Below are positions 19,247 to 28,731 of a DNA stretch of 64,000 nucleotides, piece after piece. The DNA is from an uncultured Acidobacteriota bacterium (GTDB lineage: Bacteria; Acidobacteriota; Vicinamibacteria; Vicinamibacterales; 2-12-FULL-66-21). A program made the position numbers and the translations under genes. Each line of letters begins with the position of its first letter. Position 1 is the first letter of the stretch. The notes beneath the pieces are model-generated. The model was not told where the DNA came from. It saw only the letters and a list, made by a program, of their open reading frames with translations, and searched no databases. The stretch covers positions 123,873 through 187,872 of the forward strand of contig CAVVIH010000008.1 of the NCBI GenBank assembly GCA_963748295.1, read 5' to 3'.

Positions 19247-20029
19247 ATGTCTGTGAAGAGGTTCGGGGCCTTGACGGCACTTCTGACCGGAATGCTCGCG
19301 GCGGGCGCCTGCAGCGGCGAGAAGGCGGCGGCGCCGGTGAATACCCCGCCGCCGGGCGCGGTCCGCGTCGACGAATCCAAGACAGGGACCATCACGGGCA
19401 AGATCGCGTTCGAAGGGACGGCGCCGCAGAACCCGGCCATCGGGGTCGGCTCCGATCCGGTCTGCGCGCGCGAGCATCCAGGCGGTATCACGTTCGAGAA
19501 CGTCGTCGTCAGCAACGGCGGGCTCGACAACGTGTTCGTTTATGTCAAGGACGGCCTGGGCAACTATTATTTCGACACGCCAGGCGCAGCAGTGACGCTC
19601 GACCAGCAGGGATGCCGGTACCGCCCGCACGTGCTGGGCGTCCGCGCCGGGCAGCCGCTCGAGATCTCGAACAGCGACGAGACGATGCACAACGTGAACG
19701 CGATGGGGGCGGCGAATCGCGGCTTCAATTTCCCGCAGGCGCTCAAGGGGATGAAGCAGACCAGGACGTTCACCGCCCGCGAGGTGATGGTGACCTTCAA
19801 GTGTGACGTCCACCCGTGGATGAACGCCTACGTCGGGGTGATGGACCATCCATACTTCGCCGTCAGCGCCAACGGGGGCGCGTTCGAGCTGAAGAACGTC
19901 CCCGCCGGCACCTACACGGTCGAGGCGTGGCACGAGAAGCTGGGCACCCAGGCGCAGAGCGTAACGATCGGCGAGAAGGAATCGAAGACCATCAGCTTCA
20001 CGTTCAAATCGGCGGCCGCGGCAAACTGA
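19247..20029 (+). CDS. Lipoprotein with cupredoxin-like and carboxypeptidase-regulatory-like domains
   Basis: Lipobox AGAC; LDQQGCRYRPHV, NSDETMHNV, KCDVHPWM, VPAGTYTVEAWHE. Confidence 0.75.
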   Translation: MSVKRFGALTALLTGMLAAGACSGEKAAAPVNTPPPGAVRVDESKTGTITGKIAFEGTAPQNPAIGVGSDPVCAREHPGGITFENVVVSNGGLDNVFVYVKDGLGNYYFDTPGAAVTLDQQGCRYRPHVLGVRAGQPLEISNSDETMHNVNAMGAANRGFNFPQALKGMKQTRTFTAREVMVTFKCDVHPWMNAYVGVMDHPYFAVSANGGAFELKNVPAGTYTVEAWHEKLGTQAQSVTIGEKESKTISFTFKSAAAAN

Positions 20030-20037
20030 GGCGACAC

Positions 20038-20931
20038 ATGAAATCGAATGCGGACGCGGCAGCGATGCCCGCGGCGCGAACACGGACCAGCGATTACGTT
20101 GCGCTCGCCAAACCGCGGCTGAACTTCCTGGTGGTCGTCTCTGCGCTCGCCGGCTACGCGATGGCGGGCGGCGAGACCAGCGACACGCTGCGTCTCGTCG
20201 CGACCGTCGTCGGAACGGCGCTCGTCGCCGGGGGCGCCTCGGCATTCAATCAGATCATCGAGCGGCAGCCCGATGCGCTGATGCGGCGGACGAGGCTGCG
20301 GCCGCTCCCGGACGGCCGGCTTCAGGCGCCCGAAGCGCTTGCGTTTGCCGCGATCATCTCGCTGCTGGGCGTGCTCACGCTGTGGGCGGGTGCGAACCTG
20401 CTGAGCGCGGTCGTCGCACTCGCGACCCTGCTGATCTACGCAGTCATTTACACGCCGCTCAAACAGCGCACCTCGTTCTCGACCGTGGTCGGCGCGATTC
20501 CGGGAGCGCTGCCGCCGGTCATCGGCTGGGCCGCCGCGCGCGAGTCGCTGTCGCAGGGCGCCTGGGTGCTGTTTGGAATCGTCTTCCTGTGGCAGCTGCC
20601 GCACTTCCTCGCGATCGCCTGGATGTATCGCGAGGATTACGCGCGCGCGGGGTTCCCGATGCTGCCGGTCATCGAGCCGGACGGCCGCAGCACCGCGCGC
20701 CAGGCGGTCATCTACACGGCGGCGCTGTTCCCCCTGAGCCTCGCGCCGACGCTGATCGGAATGTCGGGCGCCCTCTACTTCATGGGCGCGCTCGTGCTGA
20801 CGCTGGCCTTCCTGGCGATCGCCGTGAAGTTCGGGACGACGCGGAAGGTGGCGGACGCGAGACGCCTGTTCTTCGCGTCGATCATCTACCTGCCGCTCAT
20901 CTGGATCCTGATGATCGCCGACCGCGTCTGA
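20038..20931 (+). CDS. ctaB: Heme o synthase (protoheme IX farnesyltransferase)
   Basis: LAKPR, DALMRRTRLRPLPDGR, GAIPGALPP, WQLPHFLAIA, DYARAGFPMLPV. Confidence 0.95.
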   Translation: MKSNADAAAMPAARTRTSDYVALAKPRLNFLVVVSALAGYAMAGGETSDTLRLVATVVGTALVAGGASAFNQIIERQPDALMRRTRLRPLPDGRLQAPEALAFAAIISLLGVLTLWAGANLLSAVVALATLLIYAVIYTPLKQRTSFSTVVGAIPGALPPVIGWAAARESLSQGAWVLFGIVFLWQLPHFLAIAWMYREDYARAGFPMLPVIEPDGRSTARQAVIYTAALFPLSLAPTLIGMSGALYFMGALVLTLAFLAIAVKFGTTRKVADARRLFFASIIYLPLIWILMIADRV

Positions 20932-20932
20932 G

Positions 20933-21346
20933 ATGTCCGTCGCCGATCTACCGGCACTGAACGCCACCCTCAACGCCATCGCGGCGGTCCTGCTCGTCAC
21001 CGGCTACGTCCTGATACGCCGCGGACGCATCCGGCAGCATCGGCGCGTGATGCTGGCGGCGTTCACGACCTCCGCGCTGTTCCTGGTGTCCTACGTCACC
21101 TACCACGCCAACGCCGGATCACGGCCGTTCGCCGGACAGGGACCGATCCGGATCGTGTACTTCGGCATCCTGATCAGCCACGTGATCCTCGCCGCCGCCA
21201 TTCTGCCGCTGGCGCTGATCACGTTGACGCACGGCCTGCGCGAGCGCTTCGACCGGCACGTGCCGATCGCGCGGTGGACGCTGCCGATCTGGCTGTATGT
21301 GTCGGTGACGGGCGTGGTGGTTTATTGGATGCTGTATCAGCTGTGA
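20933..21346 (+). CDS. DUF420 membrane protein (CtaM/YozB-like)
   Basis: LPALNATLN, HRRVML, SALFLVSYVTYH, IWLYVSVTGVVVY. Confidence 0.9.
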   Translation: MSVADLPALNATLNAIAAVLLVTGYVLIRRGRIRQHRRVMLAAFTTSALFLVSYVTYHANAGSRPFAGQGPIRIVYFGILISHVILAAAILPLALITLTHGLRERFDRHVPIARWTLPIWLYVSVTGVVVYWMLYQL

Positions 21347-21364
21347 GCTGATAGCTGATAGCTA
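21338..21364. repeat. Short (T/G)AGCTGA heptamer run
   Basis: cagctgt gagctga tagctga tagcta, between convergent genes. Confidence 0.7.
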
Positions 21365-21367
21365 TTT

Positions 21368-22663
21368 TTAGTCCGCAATGGACGCGTAGCGTCCAGCGTC
21401 TCTTTTGTTCTCGTACATCCTCTCGTCGGCCACCTTGACGAGATCCATGACGTTGTCATGGCCGGCGCGCACTTCGGCGCAGCCGATGCTGAGGCCGACG
21501 CCGGCGGGCAGCGATGCGGTCTCCGGCGAGTTCGCGAAATCGCGCTGCAGCGCGGCGCCCCGCCGCCGTGCTTCGTGCTCGTTGCACGACAGCAGGATGA
21601 GGAACTCGTCGCCGCCCCAGCGGAACACGTAGTCCGCCTCGCGGATGTTGGCGAGCAGGAAGGACGCGACCTGGCGCAGCACGTCGTCACCCGCTTCGTG
21701 GCCGAGCTGATCGTTGACCGCCTTGAAGCGATCGATGTCCACGAACAGGAGCGACAGCGGAATCCCGTGGCGGCGGTGCCGCTGCAGCTCGCGGCCGATG
21801 ATCTCGTCGAAGAAGCGGCGGTTGCGGCAGCCGGTGAGCGGATCGGTGATCACCATGCGCCGCAGCTTGCCCTGCGCGGTCTCGAGCCGGCGGTTGGTGC
21901 GGCGCAGCTCGAACGTCATGTCCTCGAACGTCATGAGCTGCATGCCGAGCGCGCTGACGAGATACGGGATCATCATGAAGAGGAGCGTCGAGGTGGCGGC
22001 CGGCGCATCCGGCGACGGAATCACGAGCACGATCCACACGTGCGAGGCGGCGATCAGGATCAGCGAGCCGCCGACGATCGCGGCGCCGAGCATGCGCGCG
22101 TGCCGCAGCAGCATCAGGTAGGCGGCGCCGGCGGCGGCGATCGCGCCGCCCATCATCACGTGGCCGGGCGCGAACACCGCCTCGGGGCCGAGCGCGAGCG
22201 GCGACAGCGTGAACCACAGGAACAACGGCACCAGCACGTAGGTGTAGTTGCTGCCGATTCGCGGCCGTGCCGGGTAGGCATCGCCGCTGAGCACGAACAT
22301 CAGCGCGCTGAGGATGCCGAGGAACTGCGAGATGCCGTAGGCGAAGTGGCTCGTTTGCAGCACCAGGTACTGGCGCGCCGCGACGAACATCGACGCCGCG
22401 AGCACGGCCCAGCCGAGCACCCAGAAAAGGATGTACAGACGCCGGCGGTAGAAAAAGAGAAGCAGCAGCACCCCGGTGACGACAAGGGCGCCCGCGCCGG
22501 CGAGTGTATGCGGATCCAGGTTGGTCGGATTGGGCGCGATGCCGGCTCCGGTAACCTGTGCCCCCCCCACCGGCGCCGAAGCAAACGGCGCGGCCGAAGC
22601 TACCGCAACGACGATCACGGCAGCCAGGACCAGCAGCCAGGCATGACCCGGCACTCGATCCAT
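21368..22663 (-). CDS. Membrane-bound diguanylate cyclase (GGDEF)
   Basis: About 7 TM helices; DPLTGCRNRR, DIDRFKAVND, RWGGDEF with an RxxD (READ) I-site. Confidence 0.92.
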   Translation of the reverse strand: MDRVPGHAWLLVLAAVIVVAVASAAPFASAPVGGAQVTGAGIAPNPTNLDPHTLAGAGALVVTGVLLLLFFYRRRLYILFWVLGWAVLAASMFVAARQYLVLQTSHFAYGISQFLGILSALMFVLSGDAYPARPRIGSNYTYVLVPLFLWFTLSPLALGPEAVFAPGHVMMGGAIAAAGAAYLMLLRHARMLGAAIVGGSLILIAASHVWIVLVIPSPDAPAATSTLLFMMIPYLVSALGMQLMTFEDMTFELRRTNRRLETAQGKLRRMVITDPLTGCRNRRFFDEIIGRELQRHRRHGIPLSLLFVDIDRFKAVNDQLGHEAGDDVLRQVASFLLANIREADYVFRWGGDEFLILLSCNEHEARRRGAALQRDFANSPETASLPAGVGLSIGCAEVRAGHDNVMDLVKVADERMYENKRDAGRYASIAD

Positions 22664-22750
22664 GTGGAAATTGTCTGGCGGGGAGCCATAACAATCTTAC
22701 CATCGCGGCGGCCCGCCGCGACGGCAACAATGCAGGGGTGAATTGCCCTA

Positions 22751-25186
22751 TTAACGATAGAGCAGATAGCGGTTACGCAGCAGACGCCAGCGGCTCTCGC
22801 CGACCGCCCACGACGCGGCAATCGCGGATGGATCGTGGCCCGCTCGGATGCGGGTAATCCCTTCCCTTGCGCCGTACAGTCGCTCCGACGCTTCGAGCTC
22901 GAAACGCGATCCATACATCTTGGTCAGCATCGAGGCAATCTCGACGCCCACCCGTACGGGCCGCGCCGCCCCGCGGTCGGTGACGACCATGAACACGCCC
23001 TGACACTCCTCGCCGGCGTACTTGCTCGCCGTCGGCGTGAAGCGGACCGGATAGAAGCGGACGCCTGGCACCAGCCGGTTATTGAGCGCTTCCGCAAGGG
23101 CCACGCCGTCGATCCAGGGCGCGCCGATCTGCTCGAAAGGCGTGTCGGTGCCGCGGCCGACCGAAATGTTCGAATACTCGAACGCGCCGATGCCGGGGTA
23201 GAGCGTCGCCTGCAGCAGGTTGCGCATGTTCGGCGACGGATTGATCCACGGCAGCCCCGTGTTGTCGAACCAGTCGTCGCGCCGCCAGTTCCGCATCTGC
23301 ACCACGGTGAGGTTCGCGCCGATCTTGTTCTCGCCGTTGAACAGCATCGCGAGCTCGCCGAGCGTCATGCCGTGCCGGATGGGCATCGACATGTAGCCGA
23401 TGAAGCCGAGCAGCGGCGCGTCGAGCATCGGGCCTTCGATCTGGAAACCGTTGACAGGGTTGGGGCGATCGAGCACGACGACGCCGATGTTGCGCTTCGC
23501 CGCCTCCTCCATCACGTACGCCATCGTCGTCATGTAGGTGTAAAAGCGGACGCCGATGTCCTGCAGATCGATCACGATCGTGTCGATCCCTTCGAGCATG
23601 GCGGCGGTCGGCCGGCGGCTCTCTCCGTACAGCGAATGGATCGGCAGCTTGGTGCGCTCGTCGACCTCCGTCGGCACCTTCGCATCCAGGATCCCGCGAA
23701 TGCCGTGTTCCGGACTGAAGAGCGACACGAGCTTGACGTCGCGTGCGCCGTAGATCAGGTCGATCGTCGTCGCGCCATCTCTGGCCCGGCCCGTGTGGTT
23801 CGTGACCAGGCCGACGCGCTTGCCGCGGAGCGGCGCGAAGCCTTCCGCGCGCAGCACGTCGATGCCGCTGAGCACGGGCGTCGATGGACGGGCGGGCAGC
23901 GTGCCTGACGGGCCGAAGTCGCGGCCCGTCCACTGCCGCTCGGCGCCGTCCGCCGGCGCCGACGTCAGCGCGGACGCCGCGACCGTCGCGACCCGCGCGC
24001 GCAGCGGGGTCACGTCCCCCTTGCCGTCCGGGTGCACGCGGTTCGAGAGGAAGACGACGAACAGGCCGGTCGCCGGATCGATCCACAGCGACGTTCCGGT
24101 GAAACCGGTGTGGCCGAAGGATCCAATCGGCAGCAGCTCGCCGCGATTCGCGGAGAACGACGAGTCGATGTCCCAGCCGAAGCCGCGCACGTTGCGCTCC
24201 GAACCGGGCGTCGCCGGCGTCGTCATCTTCAGCGTGCCCAGCGGCGACAGAATCCGCTGGCCTCGAAACGCGCCGCCGCCAAGCAGCGTCCGCACGAACA
24301 CGCTGAGATCGGCCGCGGTGCCGAAAAGTCCCGCGTGCCCGGCCACGCCGCCCATGCGCCGCGCAGTCGGATCGTGAACGACGCCGCGAAGCATTTTCAT
24401 GTCTGGACCTTCACACGGCCAGCCATATGGCGTGCAGCTCTCGGTGGGAGCAATTCTCGACTGCAGCGAGGCCGGGGGCAGGAACATCGTGTCGGCCATC
24501 TTGAGCGGCCCGAAGATCCGGTCTCTTGCAAACCGATCGAGCGGCTTGCCGCTGACCCGATGCACGATCTCGCCGAGCAGGAAAAAGTTGATGTCGCTGT
24601 AGACGAACCGCTCACCGGGCGGCGCGGTTGGCACCTCCTCGATCGCGAGCTTGATCGCCGCGTCGTAGCCGGTCCAGTCGTCCGCGAGGTCGACGTCCGG
24701 CCTGAGGCCGGATACGTGCGTGAGCAGATGGCGAACGGTGATGTCGCCCTTGCCGTAGCGCTCGAAGCCCGGGATATAGACCGAGACGCGGTCGCTCAGC
24801 CTGATCCGCCCGTCCTCCACCAGCATCATCACGCTGGTCGTGGTCGCCACCACCTTCGTCAGAGACGCGAGGTCGAAGATGGTGTCGAGCGTCATCGGTT
24901 CGACATCCGGCACCAGCGCGCGGTTACCGAACGCCTTCTGGTACAGCACGCGATCGCGATGGCCGACCAGGACCACCGCGCCGGGCAGCTTCTTTTCGGC
25001 GATTGCCTCGGCGACCAGCGGCTCGATCTCCTCGAGCCGTTTGATATCGATGGCTGCGCGCGAGGGTGATGCTGATGTCGAGGTCTGTGGCGCAACAGGC
25101 CGGCCGGCGCTCTGGCGTGGACGTTCGACCTGTCCTGCCTGGAGGGACAGCACGCCCGTCAGGACGGCAACGGCAATCTTGATCAT
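22751..25186 (-). CDS. Serine hydrolase (beta-lactamase fold) fused to exo-beta-N-acetylmuramidase NamZ (DUF1343)
   Basis: FDLASLTK (SxxK), YSD, GHTGFTG; then GLVTNHTG, FSPEHGIRG, DLQDIGVRFYTY, VLDRPNP, PSPNM, SVGRGT. Confidence 0.9.
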   Translation of the reverse strand: MIKIAVAVLTGVLSLQAGQVERPRQSAGRPVAPQTSTSASPSRAAIDIKRLEEIEPLVAEAIAEKKLPGAVVLVGHRDRVLYQKAFGNRALVPDVEPMTLDTIFDLASLTKVVATTTSVMMLVEDGRIRLSDRVSVYIPGFERYGKGDITVRHLLTHVSGLRPDVDLADDWTGYDAAIKLAIEEVPTAPPGERFVYSDINFFLLGEIVHRVSGKPLDRFARDRIFGPLKMADTMFLPPASLQSRIAPTESCTPYGWPCEGPDMKMLRGVVHDPTARRMGGVAGHAGLFGTAADLSVFVRTLLGGGAFRGQRILSPLGTLKMTTPATPGSERNVRGFGWDIDSSFSANRGELLPIGSFGHTGFTGTSLWIDPATGLFVVFLSNRVHPDGKGDVTPLRARVATVAASALTSAPADGAERQWTGRDFGPSGTLPARPSTPVLSGIDVLRAEGFAPLRGKRVGLVTNHTGRARDGATTIDLIYGARDVKLVSLFSPEHGIRGILDAKVPTEVDERTKLPIHSLYGESRRPTAAMLEGIDTIVIDLQDIGVRFYTYMTTMAYVMEEAAKRNIGVVVLDRPNPVNGFQIEGPMLDAPLLGFIGYMSMPIRHGMTLGELAMLFNGENKIGANLTVVQMRNWRRDDWFDNTGLPWINPSPNMRNLLQATLYPGIGAFEYSNISVGRGTDTPFEQIGAPWIDGVALAEALNNRLVPGVRFYPVRFTPTASKYAGEECQGVFMVVTDRGAARPVRVGVEIASMLTKMYGSRFELEASERLYGAREGITRIRAGHDPSAIAASWAVGESRWRLLRNRYLLYR

Positions 25187-25195
25187 TCTCGGTTC

Positions 25196-27011
25196 TTAAC
25201 GAAGCGTGGTGATGGCCTGCATCCGGCCGTCGGTCGCCTGACGGAAGAACGTCTCCCACTCGCGGCGAATCCGGTCGACCTTCTCCACTTGAGTGTTGTC
25301 CACGGAACGGCCGGCGCTCACGACGAAGAGGAACGCCTGCCGGTGAACGCGCGCCGATTCGGCGGCCGAAGGCACGCGCGCGCCGTGGACGGCGATGACG
25401 TCGGACATCAGGACGTCGCGCCGCGTGCCGTTGAACGTGACGCCGACGCGCGGCGCATCCTCGGCCGTCCTCGGCGGAACCACGTTCACCGGGTTCTCGA
25501 CATAGAAGAACGGCGGCACGTCATTGGGACCAACCAGGCCCATCGCGTATTGATCGAGCAGGCTGTAGCGCTGCACGGAGGCGACGGTCCGGTACCGATC
25601 CGCCGCCGAGATCCTCGATGTCGTTCCCCTCCATCACCGAGGCGTCGGAATCGAAGAAGAAACTCCAGTGCGCCGCGCCGCGCCCGAGCAGATGCTCCGA
25701 GCGGTTGGCGGTGTGGTCCCGGAAACTGAAGAACGCCAGCCAGCGATGTCCGACTTCCTGCCCGAGCACGCTCACCGTGCTGTTCTCGCCGAGGAAGCGC
25801 TGCTGCGGATTCTCCGGATACTTGCCGATGAAATCCATGACCGCGAAGCTTCGCAGCCGTCCGGCGCTGCCGAAGTCGCGCGATGCGTCGTAGGTGTCGA
25901 TGCCCAGACCGCGTATCTCGTTCGCCACCGTCGTCTCGTATGCGAACGCATCCGTGATGAGCGGCGCGTCGGTCCAGATGATCAGCTGATCGTAGTTGTC
26001 GGGATGCGACGCGTAGAACTTCCTGGCGATCTGGACCGTGTCCATCTCGCCGCGCTCGGCAAACCGCTCCCCGACCGCCCCGCCTCCGCCAGAGGTGGGC
26101 CCCGCATCGCTCAGGTTCACCGGCGTGAAGAACCCGGTGTGCCCGGGCGAGATGCCGACGATCCCGTCGAGCAGCGAGATTGCGTCGCTGAACTTCATCT
26201 CGACGTTGCCGTTCGGCAGCAGCGTGAGCTGCGCCGTCGTTGCACGCACGGAGTCGAAGCCGCGCACGCCGCACCAGGTGACCGTGTAGGCGTCGACCGC
26301 CGCATTGGTGAAGACGCGACCGCCGGTAGACGGATCGAGATCCGCGAAGAACGGCGCGACCCGCGGCGGACCGGTCAGCAGCCGCGCAACGTTGCGCTCG
26401 GTGCTCGCGTGGTCCGGCTCCTCGAACGTGACGTTGCCGTCCGAGTTGACGAAAGCTGTGGTCTGTGTCTGGCCGAAGAAGGAGAACCCGAACGGCACGT
26501 CGACTTGCACGCTGTCGTCGTCGGTCAGCGTCAAGCGCGTGCCGAGATTGGTGCGGAAGGCGCCGTCAATCCGCGTGACGTCATAGCCGCCGGCGCCGTT
26601 GCGGGTGAAGCGCAACCCCTGGCTGCGGATATCCACCGCGTTCGGCGGCGCGATCAGATCGCCTTCGTCCTGGAGGACGGCGATCTCGCCGATGTCGACC
26701 GGGTTGCGTCCGCCGGGCCCAACTGCCAGATCGCGGGCGCGGCCCGCGCGCTGCCGGTGCGTCCACAACGCGTCGAGCACGCGCCAGCGCGGATCGCGAT
26801 CGATGACCTCGGTCTTGAGCCGGAACGTGTCCGCGGTGGATTCGCCCGGCGCGGAGACTGCCTCGCTTTCAACCGCCGCCGTCAAGCAGGGATTGCCGCT
26901 CTGTCCCGGACCGGGAGAGGGCGACGGGGAACCCCCGTTCGACCCTCCACAGGCGGCCAGCATCCACGCGGCGGACAGGACCAGCAGCAGAACGCGTGGA
27001 CGACGCAGCAT
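25196..27011 (-). CDS. Lipoprotein with NIDO-like region and metallopeptidase-like C-terminal domain (frameshift near 25590)
   Basis: Lipobox LAAC; DDDSVQVDVPFGFSFFG, VAPFFADLDP; GQEVGHRW, HWSFF, YSLLDQYAMGL. Confidence 0.7.
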
Positions 27012-27019
27012 TCGTGGGC

Positions 27020-27955
27020 CTATTTTATGGTTTTCAGCTGCTCGAGGATCTTTTTGGCGTCCGGCAGCTCACGGGCGTCGGGCGGCGCCGCCGCCACGAA
27101 TTTCTCCATGTCGGCCTTCGCCTCGGGCATCTTCTTCGCCGCGAGGTACGCCCTGCCGCGATAGTAGTAGATCTCGTTCTGCTTGGGAAAGGCCTCGCCC
27201 AGCTTCGTCAGCATCGCGACCGCGTCGTCCGGCTTGCCGTCGTTGATTAGATTGATGCCGGCGTTGATGAACGGCAGCGGGTCTTTGACCTGCGCGAGAT
27301 CGATCGACTGCAGGAGCGCCACGCCTTCGGCCTTGTTTCCCGCCTCCATCTGCAGCTCCGCCAGCAGGATCTTGACGTCGATGTTCGTCGGTTCCTTGTC
27401 GAGGACGACTTTCAGGTGTTCGATCGCCTTCGGGTAGTTCTTCTCCCCCGAGTAGGCGGCGGCAATGAAGCGATTGAGCTGGTGGATCGTCGGGTACTTG
27501 GCGAGCAGATCCTCGTAAATCTTGCGGGCCTCGGCGAACTGGTTCGCGCGGAGCAGGCTGTCGGCGCGCTTCAGCTCCGCCTGGATTTCGGCGTTCGGAT
27601 CGGCGACCGCCTTCACGAGCTTGACGTCGACGCGCGGCGCGTTGCCGGCTTCGTCCAGATTGATCGTGCCCTTCTGGCTCTGGAAACCGTCCTTGCTGAA
27701 CTCGAGGTCCCACTCGCCGGTGGCGAGGTTCGCGAACGCCCATTCGCCCTTGGTGTTCGACTTCGATTGGAGCGGCGGCTGCCCCTGCACGTCTTTCTTC
27801 GACACGCGAATCGCCACGTCAGCCAGCGGCTGACCCTGATCGTCGGTCACTTTGCCGGTGATTCTTGCCTCGCCGCGAGGCTGCTGTGCGAACGCGCCTG
27901 CGGCGGATGCCGCCACCAGGGCGACGCTGAGTGCGAGGGTCTGCAGGATTTTCAT
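27020..27955 (-). CDS. Secreted carboxypeptidase-regulatory-like domain plus TPR protein
   Basis: Signal peptide; ITGKVTDDQGQPLADV, GEWDLEFSKDGF; C-terminal TPRs. Confidence 0.82.
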   Translation of the reverse strand: MKILQTLALSVALVAASAAGAFAQQPRGEARITGKVTDDQGQPLADVAIRVSKKDVQGQPPLQSKSNTKGEWAFANLATGEWDLEFSKDGFQSQKGTINLDEAGNAPRVDVKLVKAVADPNAEIQAELKRADSLLRANQFAEARKIYEDLLAKYPTIHQLNRFIAAAYSGEKNYPKAIEHLKVVLDKEPTNIDVKILLAELQMEAGNKAEGVALLQSIDLAQVKDPLPFINAGINLINDGKPDDAVAMLTKLGEAFPKQNEIYYYRGRAYLAAKKMPEAKADMEKFVAAAPPDARELPDAKKILEQLKTIK

Positions 27956-28027
27956 GATCCTAACAGTTTAATGGATTTTGGGGCCGTGTCGGAGGGGGGA
28001 AGACGCGCGCGCAGCAGAGCTTCCGTC

Positions 28028-28069
28028 AAAACGAAACCGCCGGCCGTCTCCTCCAAAACGGCCGGCGGC
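28028..28069 (-). terminator. Hairpin downstream of csoR
   Basis: CCGCCGGCCGT...ACGGCCGGCGG inverted repeat; T-rich tail on the minus strand. Confidence 0.6.
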
Positions 28070-28108
28070 GCACGATTGACGTGCTACGTTCGAGTCGCAA
28101 GCGATCGG

Positions 28109-28384
28109 TTACTTGGCGAACCGATCGAAAATATCCACGAGCTCGGAGAGGCGTTTCGTTTTCTCTGGCTCACCTCTCACGATCCCTTCGGGCACGCACC
28201 GCTCGACGTGATATTTCAGGACGGCCAGGCTGATCCGGTTCAACGCCGCTTCCGCAGCCGCGAGCTGCTGAAGAATGTCTACGCAGAGCCGCGGCTCCTG
28301 CACCATGCGCCGAATGCCGCGGACCTGTCCTTCGATCCGGTTAAGCCGCGTGACGAGGCTTTGCTGCTGTGTCTCATCCAACAT
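28109..28384 (-). CDS. csoR: CsoR/RcnR family metal-sensing repressor
   Basis: RLNRIEGQVRGIRRMV; C(VDILQQ)...H(VER)C fingerprint. Confidence 0.88.
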   Translation of the reverse strand: MLDETQQQSLVTRLNRIEGQVRGIRRMVQEPRLCVDILQQLAAAEAALNRISLAVLKYHVERCVPEGIVRGEPEKTKRLSELVDIFDRFAK

Positions 28385-28589
28385 GAGGTCCCCCGGAACG
28401 CGCCACATTCGGCGTTCACGTGAACTACGCCGCCGGGTTAGCTCCGTTTCGGGGCTCGAGAAAAAAGCCTCGCACTGTCGTCCGACGGCGCGATGTATTG
28501 CAAGCGTCACGCCTCCGCGCGCACTTTCGTGCAGCGATGCGGCCTGAGAGAAACGTTCGATTTTTCGCGCGCTCGCGCAGATCGCGGCG

Positions 28590-28610
28590 CACTGGATACT
28601 CACTGGATAC
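28590..28610. promoter_or_regulatory. Candidate CsoR operator / direct repeat
   Basis: CACTGGATAC-T-CACTGGATAC; minus strand GTATCCAGTGAGTAT resembles ATACCCnnnGGGTAT. Confidence 0.35.
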
Positions 28611-28694
28611 AAGGAACCGTATTTTTGGCTTCGCGTGGATCCATTTTCTTGAGTTCGACGAATCGACAGGAATGCGGGTCGAAAGGCCTCGTGA

Positions 28695-28731
28695 TTGACA
28701 CGAGATTCAGAATGAATGAACATTCATTCAT
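28695..28731 (+). promoter_or_regulatory. Promoter with overlapping FadR-type operator
   Basis: TTGACA-N17-GAACAT-N6-ATG; palindrome ATGAATGAA-CA-TTCATTCAT at 28712-28731. Confidence 0.85.

Noticed and set aside
28530-28560. Glycine riboswitch suggested by CTCTCAGG on the minus strand
   Set aside because: The other conserved aptamer elements are not visible and the downstream gene is csoR.
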